This document shows, piece by piece, positions 19,693 through 28,196 of a DNA stretch of 64,000 bases. The position numbers were made by a program, and so were the translations under genes. Position 1 is the first letter of the stretch, and each line of letters opens with the position of its first letter. Origin of the DNA: an uncultured Gammaproteobacteria bacterium (GTDB taxonomy: Bacteria; Patescibacteriota; Patescibacteriia; UBA11705; JABHMO01). Under the pieces are notes generated by a model. That model did no database searches and had not been told where the DNA came from. It was given only the letters and a program-made list of their open reading frames with translations. The stretch spans positions 26,697-90,696 of the forward strand of contig CAZPYM010000002.1 of the NCBI GenBank assembly GCA_964590105.1, given 5' to 3'.

Positions 19693-19992
19693 TTATTCAA
19701 CCATTTCGGCGATCCGCTTGCCAAGCGGCTTCGGCGGCACAAACGGCGCATGCGCCGGCCGCTTGCCTATCACCTTCAAAACGACATCCTTGCGCAACTC
19801 GCGCAGGTCCATGTCATCATTCCAAATGGCTGCGAGCTCCACGGCCTCCTTGTCAAACCGGTCGCGATTCTGCAACACCGCTCTTGAAACGAGCCAGATG
19901 ATGCTGTAATTGAGCTCTTCAACCGCCTTTTTCAGCGCCCTAGCCAACTGCCCATTGTCGTAGAGCCACTCCGCTGTCTTTTGTTCACTCAT
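19693..19992 (-). CDS. hypothetical protein
   Basis: GGAGGAGG SD; own terminator hairpin at ~19650-19686. Confidence 0.7.
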   Translation of the reverse strand: MSEQKTAEWLYDNGQLARALKKAVEELNYSIIWLVSRAVLQNRDRFDKEAVELAAIWNDDMDLRELRKDVVLKVIGKRPAHAPFVPPKPLGKRIAEMVE

Positions 19993-20188
19993 CTGCCTCC
20001 TCCCGCTATTAACTTGAAATCAATTCTCGACAGCCTACGCCAAACCGATTTTTCAAGCTTAACTCACGATTATTAAGTTGTCAACGACGAAAACTGGTCA
20101 CGTTAAGAATAATGTCCGACAATAAAATTGGCACACGCTATTATCACAAAAAAATAAAAGCCCGCTTTAGAAGCGAGCTTTGGATTGT

Positions 20189-20776
20189 CTAAATCGCCTT
20201 CACAATATCAGCGATAGCGGCCATAGCGCCGACGCCCACGTCACCGCAGGCGAGTTTGCGCGATACCGGCGGAACCAGACGAAGGTCATACCAAATCTTC
20301 AATTTCGCCAAATGTTCGTCCGTGACCGGATGCTCCCACATCTTCGTGTTCATGGCCGGCGCGATTATCACCGGTTTACTTCTGTCCCAAGCGCGCAGAA
20401 CGCATGTAAGAAGATTGTCGCAAATACCGTTCGCGGCCTTGGACAAAGTGTTGGCCGAAAGCGGCGCGATCACTATCGCGTCCGCCCAGTCGCGAAGCGC
20501 GATGTGCGGAATTGACTGATTCTTGCGGTAACGCAGGCTCGGCCACTCGTCAAAATCAGTCCAAATCCTTGCGCCAGATATATGCGGCAGTTTGCCCCAG
20601 CCGAACTTGGTTCTGAGCAATTGCCCCAGGAAAAACCAAAATGGCTTTTTCTGAAAATATCCGGCGCTGAAAGTTGAAACGATCTGCACCTCATGGCCGG
20701 CTTTTTCCAGTTCGCAAACCAGCTTCTCCGCAAGAGTGGCCGCCACGCTTCCGGTAATACCCAGCAGTATTTTCAT
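20189..20776 (-). CDS. coaC: HFCD flavoprotein, phosphopantothenoylcysteine decarboxylase (CoaC/Hal3-like)
   Basis: ILLGITGSVA, HIALRDWAD, APLSANTLSK, GICDNLLTC, PAMN, KLACGDVGVGAM; catalytic His, Asn and Cys positions present. Confidence 0.85.
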   Translation of the reverse strand: MKILLGITGSVAATLAEKLVCELEKAGHEVQIVSTFSAGYFQKKPFWFFLGQLLRTKFGWGKLPHISGARIWTDFDEWPSLRYRKNQSIPHIALRDWADAIVIAPLSANTLSKAANGICDNLLTCVLRAWDRSKPVIIAPAMNTKMWEHPVTDEHLAKLKIWYDLRLVPPVSRKLACGDVGVGAMAAIADIVKAI

Positions 20777-21495
20777 TTCAGCCTCCCCGCCAATGCTTCC
20801 GGCAATTCATCGCGACTAACGCTTTTCGCTTTTCCTTTGCGATCAATAATGTACGCGCGCTCGCGCGCCCATTCGAGGCAATTTGCCACAATCAGGTCAG
20901 CATCGGAAACTGCGCGACTGCGCCTCGCGATTTCAATCAACTCCTCGTCGCTCTTGCCGACTTCCAGCTTGAACTTGACGAGATTGCCTTTGAATCCCCA
21001 CTCTTTCCGAATCCTATCCACGATCTTGAAGGTTGGAACCATGCGCAAAAAAAGTTCCTGATGTTTGGAAGAAATCTTGGCGCTCGAATCAGCTTCTGTC
21101 AGTCGTTCGTCCGCGCCGCGCTCGAAAACGCCCGCCACCTGATAATCGCTAACCGCGGCGGAGTGAATTACTACATCATAGCCGCCGGTGCGAATTTCTT
21201 CTTCCATGATATCTGCCAATTCAGCAAAAGTCTTGTACAACAGCGCGCGAGGATGCCGTATTGGATCCCATGATGCCCCGCCTCCGCTCCGATATCGGTA
21301 TCCAGCCATGTATCGATCTTCGAACTCTTTGACAAGAAGCGGATTCGAAGTAACAAGTACAACCTCATTTTGATGGCCATTCCACGACAAATCGAAAGCG
21401 ATCTCCGTTCCCGTGCGGCCGTGAAAAATGTTCGTGATCGCCCGCACCTTATCGATCATCACCTGCGTAGAACCGGCGGTTACGAGAATTTTCAT
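20773..21495 (-). CDS. coaB: phosphopantothenate-cysteine ligase-like (CoaB/DFP domain)
   Basis: ILVTAGST...IDKVRAITN...GRTG, HSAAVSDY, LVKFKLE, ADLIVAN. Confidence 0.8.
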   Translation of the reverse strand: MKILVTAGSTQVMIDKVRAITNIFHGRTGTEIAFDLSWNGHQNEVVLVTSNPLLVKEFEDRYMAGYRYRSGGGASWDPIRHPRALLYKTFAELADIMEEEIRTGGYDVVIHSAAVSDYQVAGVFERGADERLTEADSSAKISSKHQELFLRMVPTFKIVDRIRKEWGFKGNLVKFKLEVGKSDEELIEIARRSRAVSDADLIVANCLEWARERAYIIDRKGKAKSVSRDELPEALAGRLK

Positions 21496-21551
21496 TTCAC
21501 ACCTCCCGTTAATGTGGCCGTAAGGGCACGATTGGTAGCGCCCCTACGAAA

Positions 21552-21779
21552 TTAATCTTCAATGCCATTATTCGCGAAAATCGCGCCGAGCCACCGATTT
21601 GGAAAATCATCGCGCGTCAAGCCGTTTTCCTTGCCACACACCGCGCAATGAACCCAGAACTCGTGCGCATGACCATGACCGATGTCGCTGATTTTCACCT
21701 CTTCGCATTCAACGGCGAGAATACTCTTGCATTTCACGCAGGTAAGTTTCACCGTATCGTTATTTTTCAATACTCGCAT
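21552..21779 (-). CDS. small zinc-ribbon protein
   Basis: CVKC...CAVC pairs; GAGGTGA SD; overlaps the amidohydrolase end. Confidence 0.7.
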   Translation of the reverse strand: MRVLKNNDTVKLTCVKCKSILAVECEEVKISDIGHGHAHEFWVHCAVCGKENGLTRDDFPNRWLGAIFANNGIED

Positions 21780-22692
21780 TGTTCACCTCAAGGCGAAAAA
21801 GTTTCGTTGCATTTTTCCAATAAATATTCGCTTTCCCATCATCGCCGATTCCCCACGGATCTCCGGCATCCATATTATCGTCACACGCCCAAGGACCGGG
21901 ATGAATTGTACCGCCAAGAGATTCTACCAGCGCAATCGTATCTGCATACGATTGAATTGGGAAATCAGTGGCGAACATGAGCCGGTCGACTCCATTTGGC
22001 ACCAATGTGATAAAATGTTCAATTTCGGCGCGCAACGCTTCCTTTTCCTCCGGCGCATATTCGATCGTACCGGAAATGTCGGTATAAACATTCGGGCATA
22101 TGCGCATGAGATCTCGGAGCTCGCTAAAATGCGGATTACCAAGGTGCGCCACCACGAACTTCACGCGCGGAAATCGTTGCGCCGCGCCAAAGAATTGACT
22201 TGGCCGCGACAGATATTCCAGCTTGTCGAGCGGGCAGTCGGCAAAGCCGCAGCGCCTCTCGCTTGCATCGCTACAGCAGTGATGCAAGTAGCCGGAGTGA
22301 AGGATTACCGGCAGATTAAATTCTTCCGCCAACTCGTAAACCGGAAACGCAGTCACGCCGCTCGGCTTAAAATCTTGATATCCGGGATAAAGCTTGATGC
22401 CGACAATCCGCTTTTCTTGCGCCAGTCGGCGCAAACGCATTACGCCAAGCTCGACATTGCCCATCATGTCTAAACTGCCGCAAGCAACGAACAGTTTCCT
22501 ATCACCAATTCGCGTCAACAGTTCTTCGTTGTGCAAACCAGATCCCTTGAAAGGAAAGTACGTGGCCATTAGTACAATCTTTGTTACTCCGTGCTCTTCC
22601 GCTAATCTTTCCAGGTCCGCAATCGTCGCTGTTTCCGTGTGCAAATTCCACAACTTGTGATTCGTCGTATGCGCGTGGATATCGATGATCAT
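21760..22692 (-). CDS. amidohydrolase_2 family metallo-hydrolase/decarboxylase
   Basis: IDIHAH, GIKLYPGY, LPVILHSG, VAHLGNP, NVYTDISG, MFATDFP, NATKLF. Confidence 0.9.
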   Translation of the reverse strand: MIIDIHAHTTNHKLWNLHTETATIADLERLAEEHGVTKIVLMATYFPFKGSGLHNEELLTRIGDRKLFVACGSLDMMGNVELGVMRLRRLAQEKRIVGIKLYPGYQDFKPSGVTAFPVYELAEEFNLPVILHSGYLHHCCSDASERRCGFADCPLDKLEYLSRPSQFFGAAQRFPRVKFVVAHLGNPHFSELRDLMRICPNVYTDISGTIEYAPEEKEALRAEIEHFITLVPNGVDRLMFATDFPIQSYADTIALVESLGGTIHPGPWACDDNMDAGDPWGIGDDGKANIYWKNATKLFRLEVNNASIEK

Positions 22693-22917
22693 TGTAGGCC
22701 TCCATCCTTGTTAAAGAACGTTTAATCTTACAAAATTAGCCAAATCTGTCAATTCAACCGGTCTAGTACAATCAAGCGCAAAAACATAGTTTGCTTTCAA
22801 TTGTCAATGTTCACTCCACCTTCTTTATACATCCCCGTTGACAAACTGTTAATATGTGTTTACAATATGTTGTAGACAGGCTCTGTCTTTGCGCAAAATT
22901 AAACAATAATAATTACA

Positions 22918-23697
22918 ATGAACCTTCGACATATGGCCCAAACAATAACAATATTAAAACAATTTGGATTAACGGAGACTGAAATAAAGATTTATTTAGC
23001 CGGATTGAAATATACTGCGCTTTCGGTCAGCGACCTAGTTAAACAAACGGGGATCAAACGCACAACCATCTATCATGCTTTGGAAACCTTGATTCAAAAA
23101 GGTCTATGTTCGAAAAAACAAATTATTGGCAAACAGGCATTCAACATGACTGCGCCAAAAAATATAGAAAACCTTTTAACTGAAAAAATTGATGAATTGA
23201 ACAAGCAAAAAACTGCTTTACATGAAATAATCCCCTTGCTCGAAGCCAGTCAAACCGCCGGGACAAAAATGGTTGTTTCGCATTATGAAGGCATTGAAGG
23301 AATCAAACTGGTAGTCGAAGATGCTCTTTATTGCAAATCCAGACATTGGGATATTTTGGCGCCGGTGAAAAACTTTTTTTCTGAATTTGATAAAAGTTAT
23401 GCTGACTATTTTGTAACAACCAGACAACAAAGAAGCTTGACCGCCCGCTCACTGTGGGAAGTTGCTGTGTCCCCACAAAACTTAACGCCAGCGGTCTTAA
23501 AAGAACGCAATCCAAGGATTTTACCAAAAGTTATGCACGGAAAATTTAAGTCAGTAATTTGTTTATATGATGATAAAGTCTTGGTTATTTCTTCTCTTAA
23601 AGAATTGTATGCAGTCCTAATTCAATCACAAGAATTTCATGAAACCATGAGCTCAATTTACGAGGGGCTATGGCAAAGTTCAAGGCCGGTTAAATAA
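22918..23697 (+). CDS. TrmB-family transcriptional regulator
   Basis: LKQFGLTETEIKIYLAGL...GIKRTTIYHALETLIQKGL; HYEGIEG...YEGLW; upstream palindrome tgtttacaa-tatg-ttgtagaca. Confidence 0.9.
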   Translation: MNLRHMAQTITILKQFGLTETEIKIYLAGLKYTALSVSDLVKQTGIKRTTIYHALETLIQKGLCSKKQIIGKQAFNMTAPKNIENLLTEKIDELNKQKTALHEIIPLLEASQTAGTKMVVSHYEGIEGIKLVVEDALYCKSRHWDILAPVKNFFSEFDKSYADYFVTTRQQRSLTARSLWEVAVSPQNLTPAVLKERNPRILPKVMHGKFKSVICLYDDKVLVISSLKELYAVLIQSQEFHETMSSIYEGLWQSSRPVK

Positions 23698-23934
23698 CAT
23701 TGCTTCATCAAACAAAGCTAGTAAAACAGAATACCCGAGTTCTTGATTAAATTAGCCCAAACCGACAGAATAAAATCAAAAACAAAAGAAGCTCCCAACG
23801 GATCTTCTTTTTCGACTCTCTTCGATTATTTACATTGCTTGTCGCAACAATGACAGCCAACCAGCCGACAAAGAACAATAAATACTCGGCTCCGAAATAG
23901 AACCGAACCTCATGGTTATGAATTGAAATTAAAA

Positions 23935-26900
23935 TTATTTTGCCAACTTACCCGCCTCTTGCAGATCCAGTGACAAAGTTTTGGAAACCCCATCCTCGCC
24001 CATAGCCACGCCATAAAGCACATCAGCCACGTGCATTACCACTCGATTGTGCGTAATAATGACGAACTGCGACCGGTAAGACAATTCCTGCAAGATAACC
24101 GCAAACTTATCAGAGTTTGCTTCATCAAGAGCGGCGTCAACCTCGTCCATGACAATAAAAGGGGAAGGATTGCTCTCAATAATTGCGCAAATAAGAGCTA
24201 GGCTCGTCATTGTTCTTTCGCCACCGGACAATGACGCAATATTATTAATTTTCTTATTTGGCGGCGCGACCATTATTTCAATACCGGTATTAACAGGGCG
24301 CGCCTTTTCCGCCGACAAAGATTCCTCACCCTCGGACACTTCCGCTCCATTGTTTTCTTCCGGCAAAACCTCCTCTTGTTCTTTTGTTTCCTTTTTCTCT
24401 TTTTGTACAATTTCTAATTTCGCCTTGCCTCCCTGAAATATTTTTTCAAAATACTTGGCAAAGGCCTGATTTATTTTTTTGAATGAAGAATTAAATTGCC
24501 GACTGATCACTTCATCTAGCTCGTCAACTATTTTTTCCAGATCCTTGATTGCTTTTTCCAGATCGAGCGCCTGTCCGCTCAGAAATTCATAGCGCTCGGA
24601 AACATCCCGGTGTTCATCAACAATTTCCGCGTCAATGCCGCCTATTTGATCAAGCTCATGTTTTAATTTACTGATTTCAAACCAAAGCTGATCAATGTTG
24701 ACTGCCTGCGCCAGCTGAATTTTTTCCAGCTCTTCCCCGGCGCCCAGCTCGCCGACAATTTCTTTGTCTAAATCTTCTTTTTTCGCATCCAGTCTGGCCA
24801 GCTGAATATTTACATCACTAAGTTCATTGTTTACTTCATTTAATTTTCCCTGATGCTCCTGCATTTCTCTTTGCAAGCGAAAAACTTCAGTTTTTTTCTT
24901 TTCTTCTTCCAAATTAAACTGGTCCAGTTTTGTTCTCATCTGCTGGGCTTTGTTTTCCAGCTCATCCAACTGACGCTCCAACTCCACTTTTTTGCTGGAT
25001 AAATTTTTCAAATACCGATCCTGATCAGCCGGAGCAACTTGATTTTCTTCAATTTCCGCGACAATTTTATTTTTTTCTTTACCCAGAGTTTCTAAATCAT
25101 TACTGAGTGCTTTTTGTTTTGTTTCGCTGACCTGGATTTCCACGCGCAAATCATTAATTTCGTTTGTAAAATTCTGCCGTTGGCGCGACAAATCTTCAAT
25201 CTTTGATTTTAATATTGCTATTTCTTTTAATTTTTCCTCCTGACTGCTCAAACTTTTTTCTCCTCCATCCACCAGCCACGACAAGCTGCCGCGCCGCGTA
25301 TAGCCGCCGCGCATAGCGCCGCTCTTTTCAAAAACATCGCCATCAAGTGTCGACATTCTCTCCAGCCCCACGCCCAAGTCCCTAGCATTTTGTACATTAT
25401 CTACAATTATTGTACCGCCAAAAACAAAATTATAAATTTTTCTGAACTTCTGATCAAAATTAATCAGATCAACCGCAAAACCAATGGCTCCAGTATGTTC
25501 CAATAATTTTTTTGATTCCGCCCTCGGAGCAAAACCTTGAATTTTATTCAAAGGCAAAAACGTGGCTGTTCCCAGCTTGTGCTCTTTTAAATAATTGATA
25601 CATTTAACAGCCACTTGATCGTTTTGCACGACTATTGCCGACAATCTATTACCGGCCGCGGCCGAGAGCGCGGTTTCATACATTTGATCAAGCGTGGCCA
25701 GCCCACTAACTGTACCATGGATGCCCTGAATTGAATCTTTTTGCCGCAAGATCGCTTTGACCGATTCATAACCCGCATTGGCCCTACCGCCGCTTTTTAT
25801 CTGAGCCAGATCACCTTCAGCCGCCTGCAAATTATTATTTAAAACTGTGAGCTGATCAGCCAGATCAAAAATCATTTTTTCCGCTTCTTCCTGATTTTGT
25901 TTTTTGAGCAATAATTTGTTACCCACGTTATTTAGACTCTCTTTTATTTCGCCGGCTCGACGCTCCAGCTCTTCTTTTTTATTTTCCAACCAAGATAAAT
26001 TTTGCTTTCCCACCTTCACATACTCCAGGCTCATTTTCCCCTTGAGCACGGCCATGTCTTTCAATAAATCATTTTTTTCAGTGGTAATTCGGTTATATTC
26101 TTTTTGTAAATTATTAAAAACATCTTTCCTGGACTCCTGTCTGGCTGATTCGGCCAATAGACGTGAAACATTGTCCAGTCGAAGCTGTAAATCCTGCTTT
26201 AATCCGTCTTTAATATTAAATTTTTCTTCATACTGATCTCTATCAGATTTCATTTTTTGCAAAATGTGCGCATAGTAAGTCTTTTGCAACTCGCGCAGGC
26301 CATTTTCCACTTCTTTTCTTTTTTCCAGTTTTTTTATTTGCCGAGTCAGGGAGCGGAGACGCGGCTCGAGCTCAGCCAAGATCTTATTTGTTTGTTCCAG
26401 ATTGTCTCGCGAGCGGCTGAGACGATTGACCGACTGATCACGTTTGATCTGATATTGTTTTACGCCGGTGGCTTCGTCAAAAAATTCTTTGCGTTCAAAA
26501 GGCGAGATATTAATAATGTGATCAACCATTCCCTGGCCGATAATGCCGTAGCTTCTCTGGCCGAAATTCGCCCGCGCCAAAAGAATCAAAATATCATAAA
26601 GACGCACTTTGCTTTTGTTAATCAAATATTCATTTTCACCGTTCCGGTAAACCCGACGGGTGATGGCTACTTCGCTATAATCAATGGGCAATTCTTTGTC
26701 TTCATTATTCATGTACAAAATCACTTCGGCAAAACCCTGCCTGGCTTTTTTTTCACTGCCGCCGAAAATCACCTCTTCTGCTTTTTTGCAACGAATCAAT
26801 TTCAAACTCTGTTCGCCCAAAACCCAGCGGATGGCGTCGGCAACATTTGACTTGCCAGAACCGTTCGGCCCGACAATGCCGGTAATGCTTTTTGCCTTTG

Positions 26901-26988
26901 TGTCATGATTTGACTTTTCCGGAAACTCAAAAACTGTCCTTCTGGCGAAAGATTTGAATCCTTGAATTTCCAGTCTCTGTAAATACAT
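23935..26988 (-). CDS. smc: chromosome segregation protein SMC
   Basis: GFKSF, GPNGSGKSN Walker A, hinge (GTATFLPL...DGD...GAMRGG), LSGGE, MDEVDAALD. Confidence 0.95.
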   Translation of the reverse strand: MYLQRLEIQGFKSFARRTVFEFPEKSNHDTKAKSITGIVGPNGSGKSNVADAIRWVLGEQSLKLIRCKKAEEVIFGGSEKKARQGFAEVILYMNNEDKELPIDYSEVAITRRVYRNGENEYLINKSKVRLYDILILLARANFGQRSYGIIGQGMVDHIINISPFERKEFFDEATGVKQYQIKRDQSVNRLSRSRDNLEQTNKILAELEPRLRSLTRQIKKLEKRKEVENGLRELQKTYYAHILQKMKSDRDQYEEKFNIKDGLKQDLQLRLDNVSRLLAESARQESRKDVFNNLQKEYNRITTEKNDLLKDMAVLKGKMSLEYVKVGKQNLSWLENKKEELERRAGEIKESLNNVGNKLLLKKQNQEEAEKMIFDLADQLTVLNNNLQAAEGDLAQIKSGGRANAGYESVKAILRQKDSIQGIHGTVSGLATLDQMYETALSAAAGNRLSAIVVQNDQVAVKCINYLKEHKLGTATFLPLNKIQGFAPRAESKKLLEHTGAIGFAVDLINFDQKFRKIYNFVFGGTIIVDNVQNARDLGVGLERMSTLDGDVFEKSGAMRGGYTRRGSLSWLVDGGEKSLSSQEEKLKEIAILKSKIEDLSRQRQNFTNEINDLRVEIQVSETKQKALSNDLETLGKEKNKIVAEIEENQVAPADQDRYLKNLSSKKVELERQLDELENKAQQMRTKLDQFNLEEEKKKTEVFRLQREMQEHQGKLNEVNNELSDVNIQLARLDAKKEDLDKEIVGELGAGEELEKIQLAQAVNIDQLWFEISKLKHELDQIGGIDAEIVDEHRDVSERYEFLSGQALDLEKAIKDLEKIVDELDEVISRQFNSSFKKINQAFAKYFEKIFQGGKAKLEIVQKEKKETKEQEEVLPEENNGAEVSEGEESLSAEKARPVNTGIEIMVAPPNKKINNIASLSGGERTMTSLALICAIIESNPSPFIVMDEVDAALDEANSDKFAVILQELSYRSQFVIITHNRVVMHVADVLYGVAMGEDGVSKTLSLDLQEAGKLAK

Positions 26989-27064
26989 CTTAGTACTTGG
27001 TTAATAGTGCCTAGTGTCTAGTAATAGTAAGGAATGGTACTTAGTGAATGGCGTTTATAAAAAT

Positions 27065-27466
27065 TCAACTATTCTTTTTGTGATATTCTGCCCATGAATT
27101 TTTCAATTTTGAAATCTGTTTGCAGGTAATATTATATGTATTAATCAAATCATTACATTTACTCTTATCGATAAAGCCGGCATAAACATCAATACATACT
27201 GATGAATGATGAATCATCTCGTTCGCCTCTCCCAAAGTATCATTTAAATACTTTTCCCAATTTTTCTTTTAAAATCGTTTAGCAAATCCTTCGGCTATTA
27301 AAGCGGGGGCGGCTTTTGATGCTCTTTTCATTTGAGAACATAAACCAAACCTTTCATCGCTCGATAAACTTGATACTATCTCCATATGCACTACGAGCAT
27401 TGCTTTATATAAGTTCTGATAAATAATCAAATCTTGAAAAGATTTAATGTCCGTTTTATTCTCCAT
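27065..27466 (-). pseudogene. four-helix-bundle (23S rRNA IVS-like) protein with one premature stop
   Basis: SFQDLIIYQ...ERFGLCSQMKRASKAAPALIAEGFAKRF*KKNWEKYLNDTLGEANEMIHH...; frame continues past TAA 27269-27271 to TGA at 27065. Confidence 0.8.
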
Positions 27467-27707
27467 ATTTTAGTAATGGTGTTTAGTGATATGGCGTTTG
27501 GTAATGGTGACTAATGTCTAGTGTTATAGTACCCGAGCACAATTCACTCATCACTCCGGGCACCAACAACCACTCACCTCCGCACACATGTCGTAATTAT
27601 ACCAAAATTCCCCATTCAAAACAACGCCAGGTTGTTGACAACAATTTTTACCTCCAATAAAATATATGCTAAAATATCTTTGCCCTTAACCGAAAAGGAG
27701 GCTTTCC

Positions 27708-28139
27708 ATGTGGTCATCACTATTCGCCTTTTGGCTGATTTATTCAATGCTTTTCCTGGGAACTCTTTCCCCGGAAGCTGCTGAAGGTACGCTTGAAATC
27801 GCTCTGTGGACCGGACTTTTCGGCCTGGCGATAACTTCCATTGCTCTTTATTATTACTTCCATTACAAAAAGGTAGCCACCGGCTTCACGTTGCATAACT
27901 GCGACTGCGTTCGCGCCGGCGATGTCCTGCGGCAAGTCCGCCGTGACCCGCAAGGCATATTTCTGATTTTCACCAATGTCGACGGCGAACATGTCCGCCG
28001 AAAACTAACCGCAAAACAAGCAACGGATTTCCAATCACAGAGTTCCTACTTACCGGCATCTCGGCCCGGCGAATGCTGGCGGATTTATTCGATTGATCCG
28101 AAAAACAAAACCATTGCCTGCCACGGCCTCTGCTACTAA
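27708..28139 (+). CDS. hypothetical membrane protein
   Basis: AGGAGG SD; two N-terminal TM; terminator hairpin ~28147-28177. Confidence 0.7.
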   Translation: MWSSLFAFWLIYSMLFLGTLSPEAAEGTLEIALWTGLFGLAITSIALYYYFHYKKVATGFTLHNCDCVRAGDVLRQVRRDPQGIFLIFTNVDGEHVRRKLTAKQATDFQSQSSYLPASRPGECWRIYSIDPKNKTIACHGLCY

Positions 28140-28196
28140 ATTCACAAAAAGAGCCCTGTCTTACAACGGCTCTTTTTATAATTGAATTATATTTAA

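Noticed and set aside
21682-22473. 263-aa + strand ORF
   Set aside because: Antisense to the amidohydrolase, which has clear family motifs
1-23900. Prophage or integrative element explaining the accessory region
   Set aside because: No integrase, transposase, terminase, capsid or att-like repeats recognised
1273-27271. Stop-codon reassignment suggested by in-frame TAG (1273) and TAA (27269)
   Set aside because: Two different codons are involved; TAA, TAG and TGA all terminate intact genes here, and long conserved genes are uninterrupted in code 11
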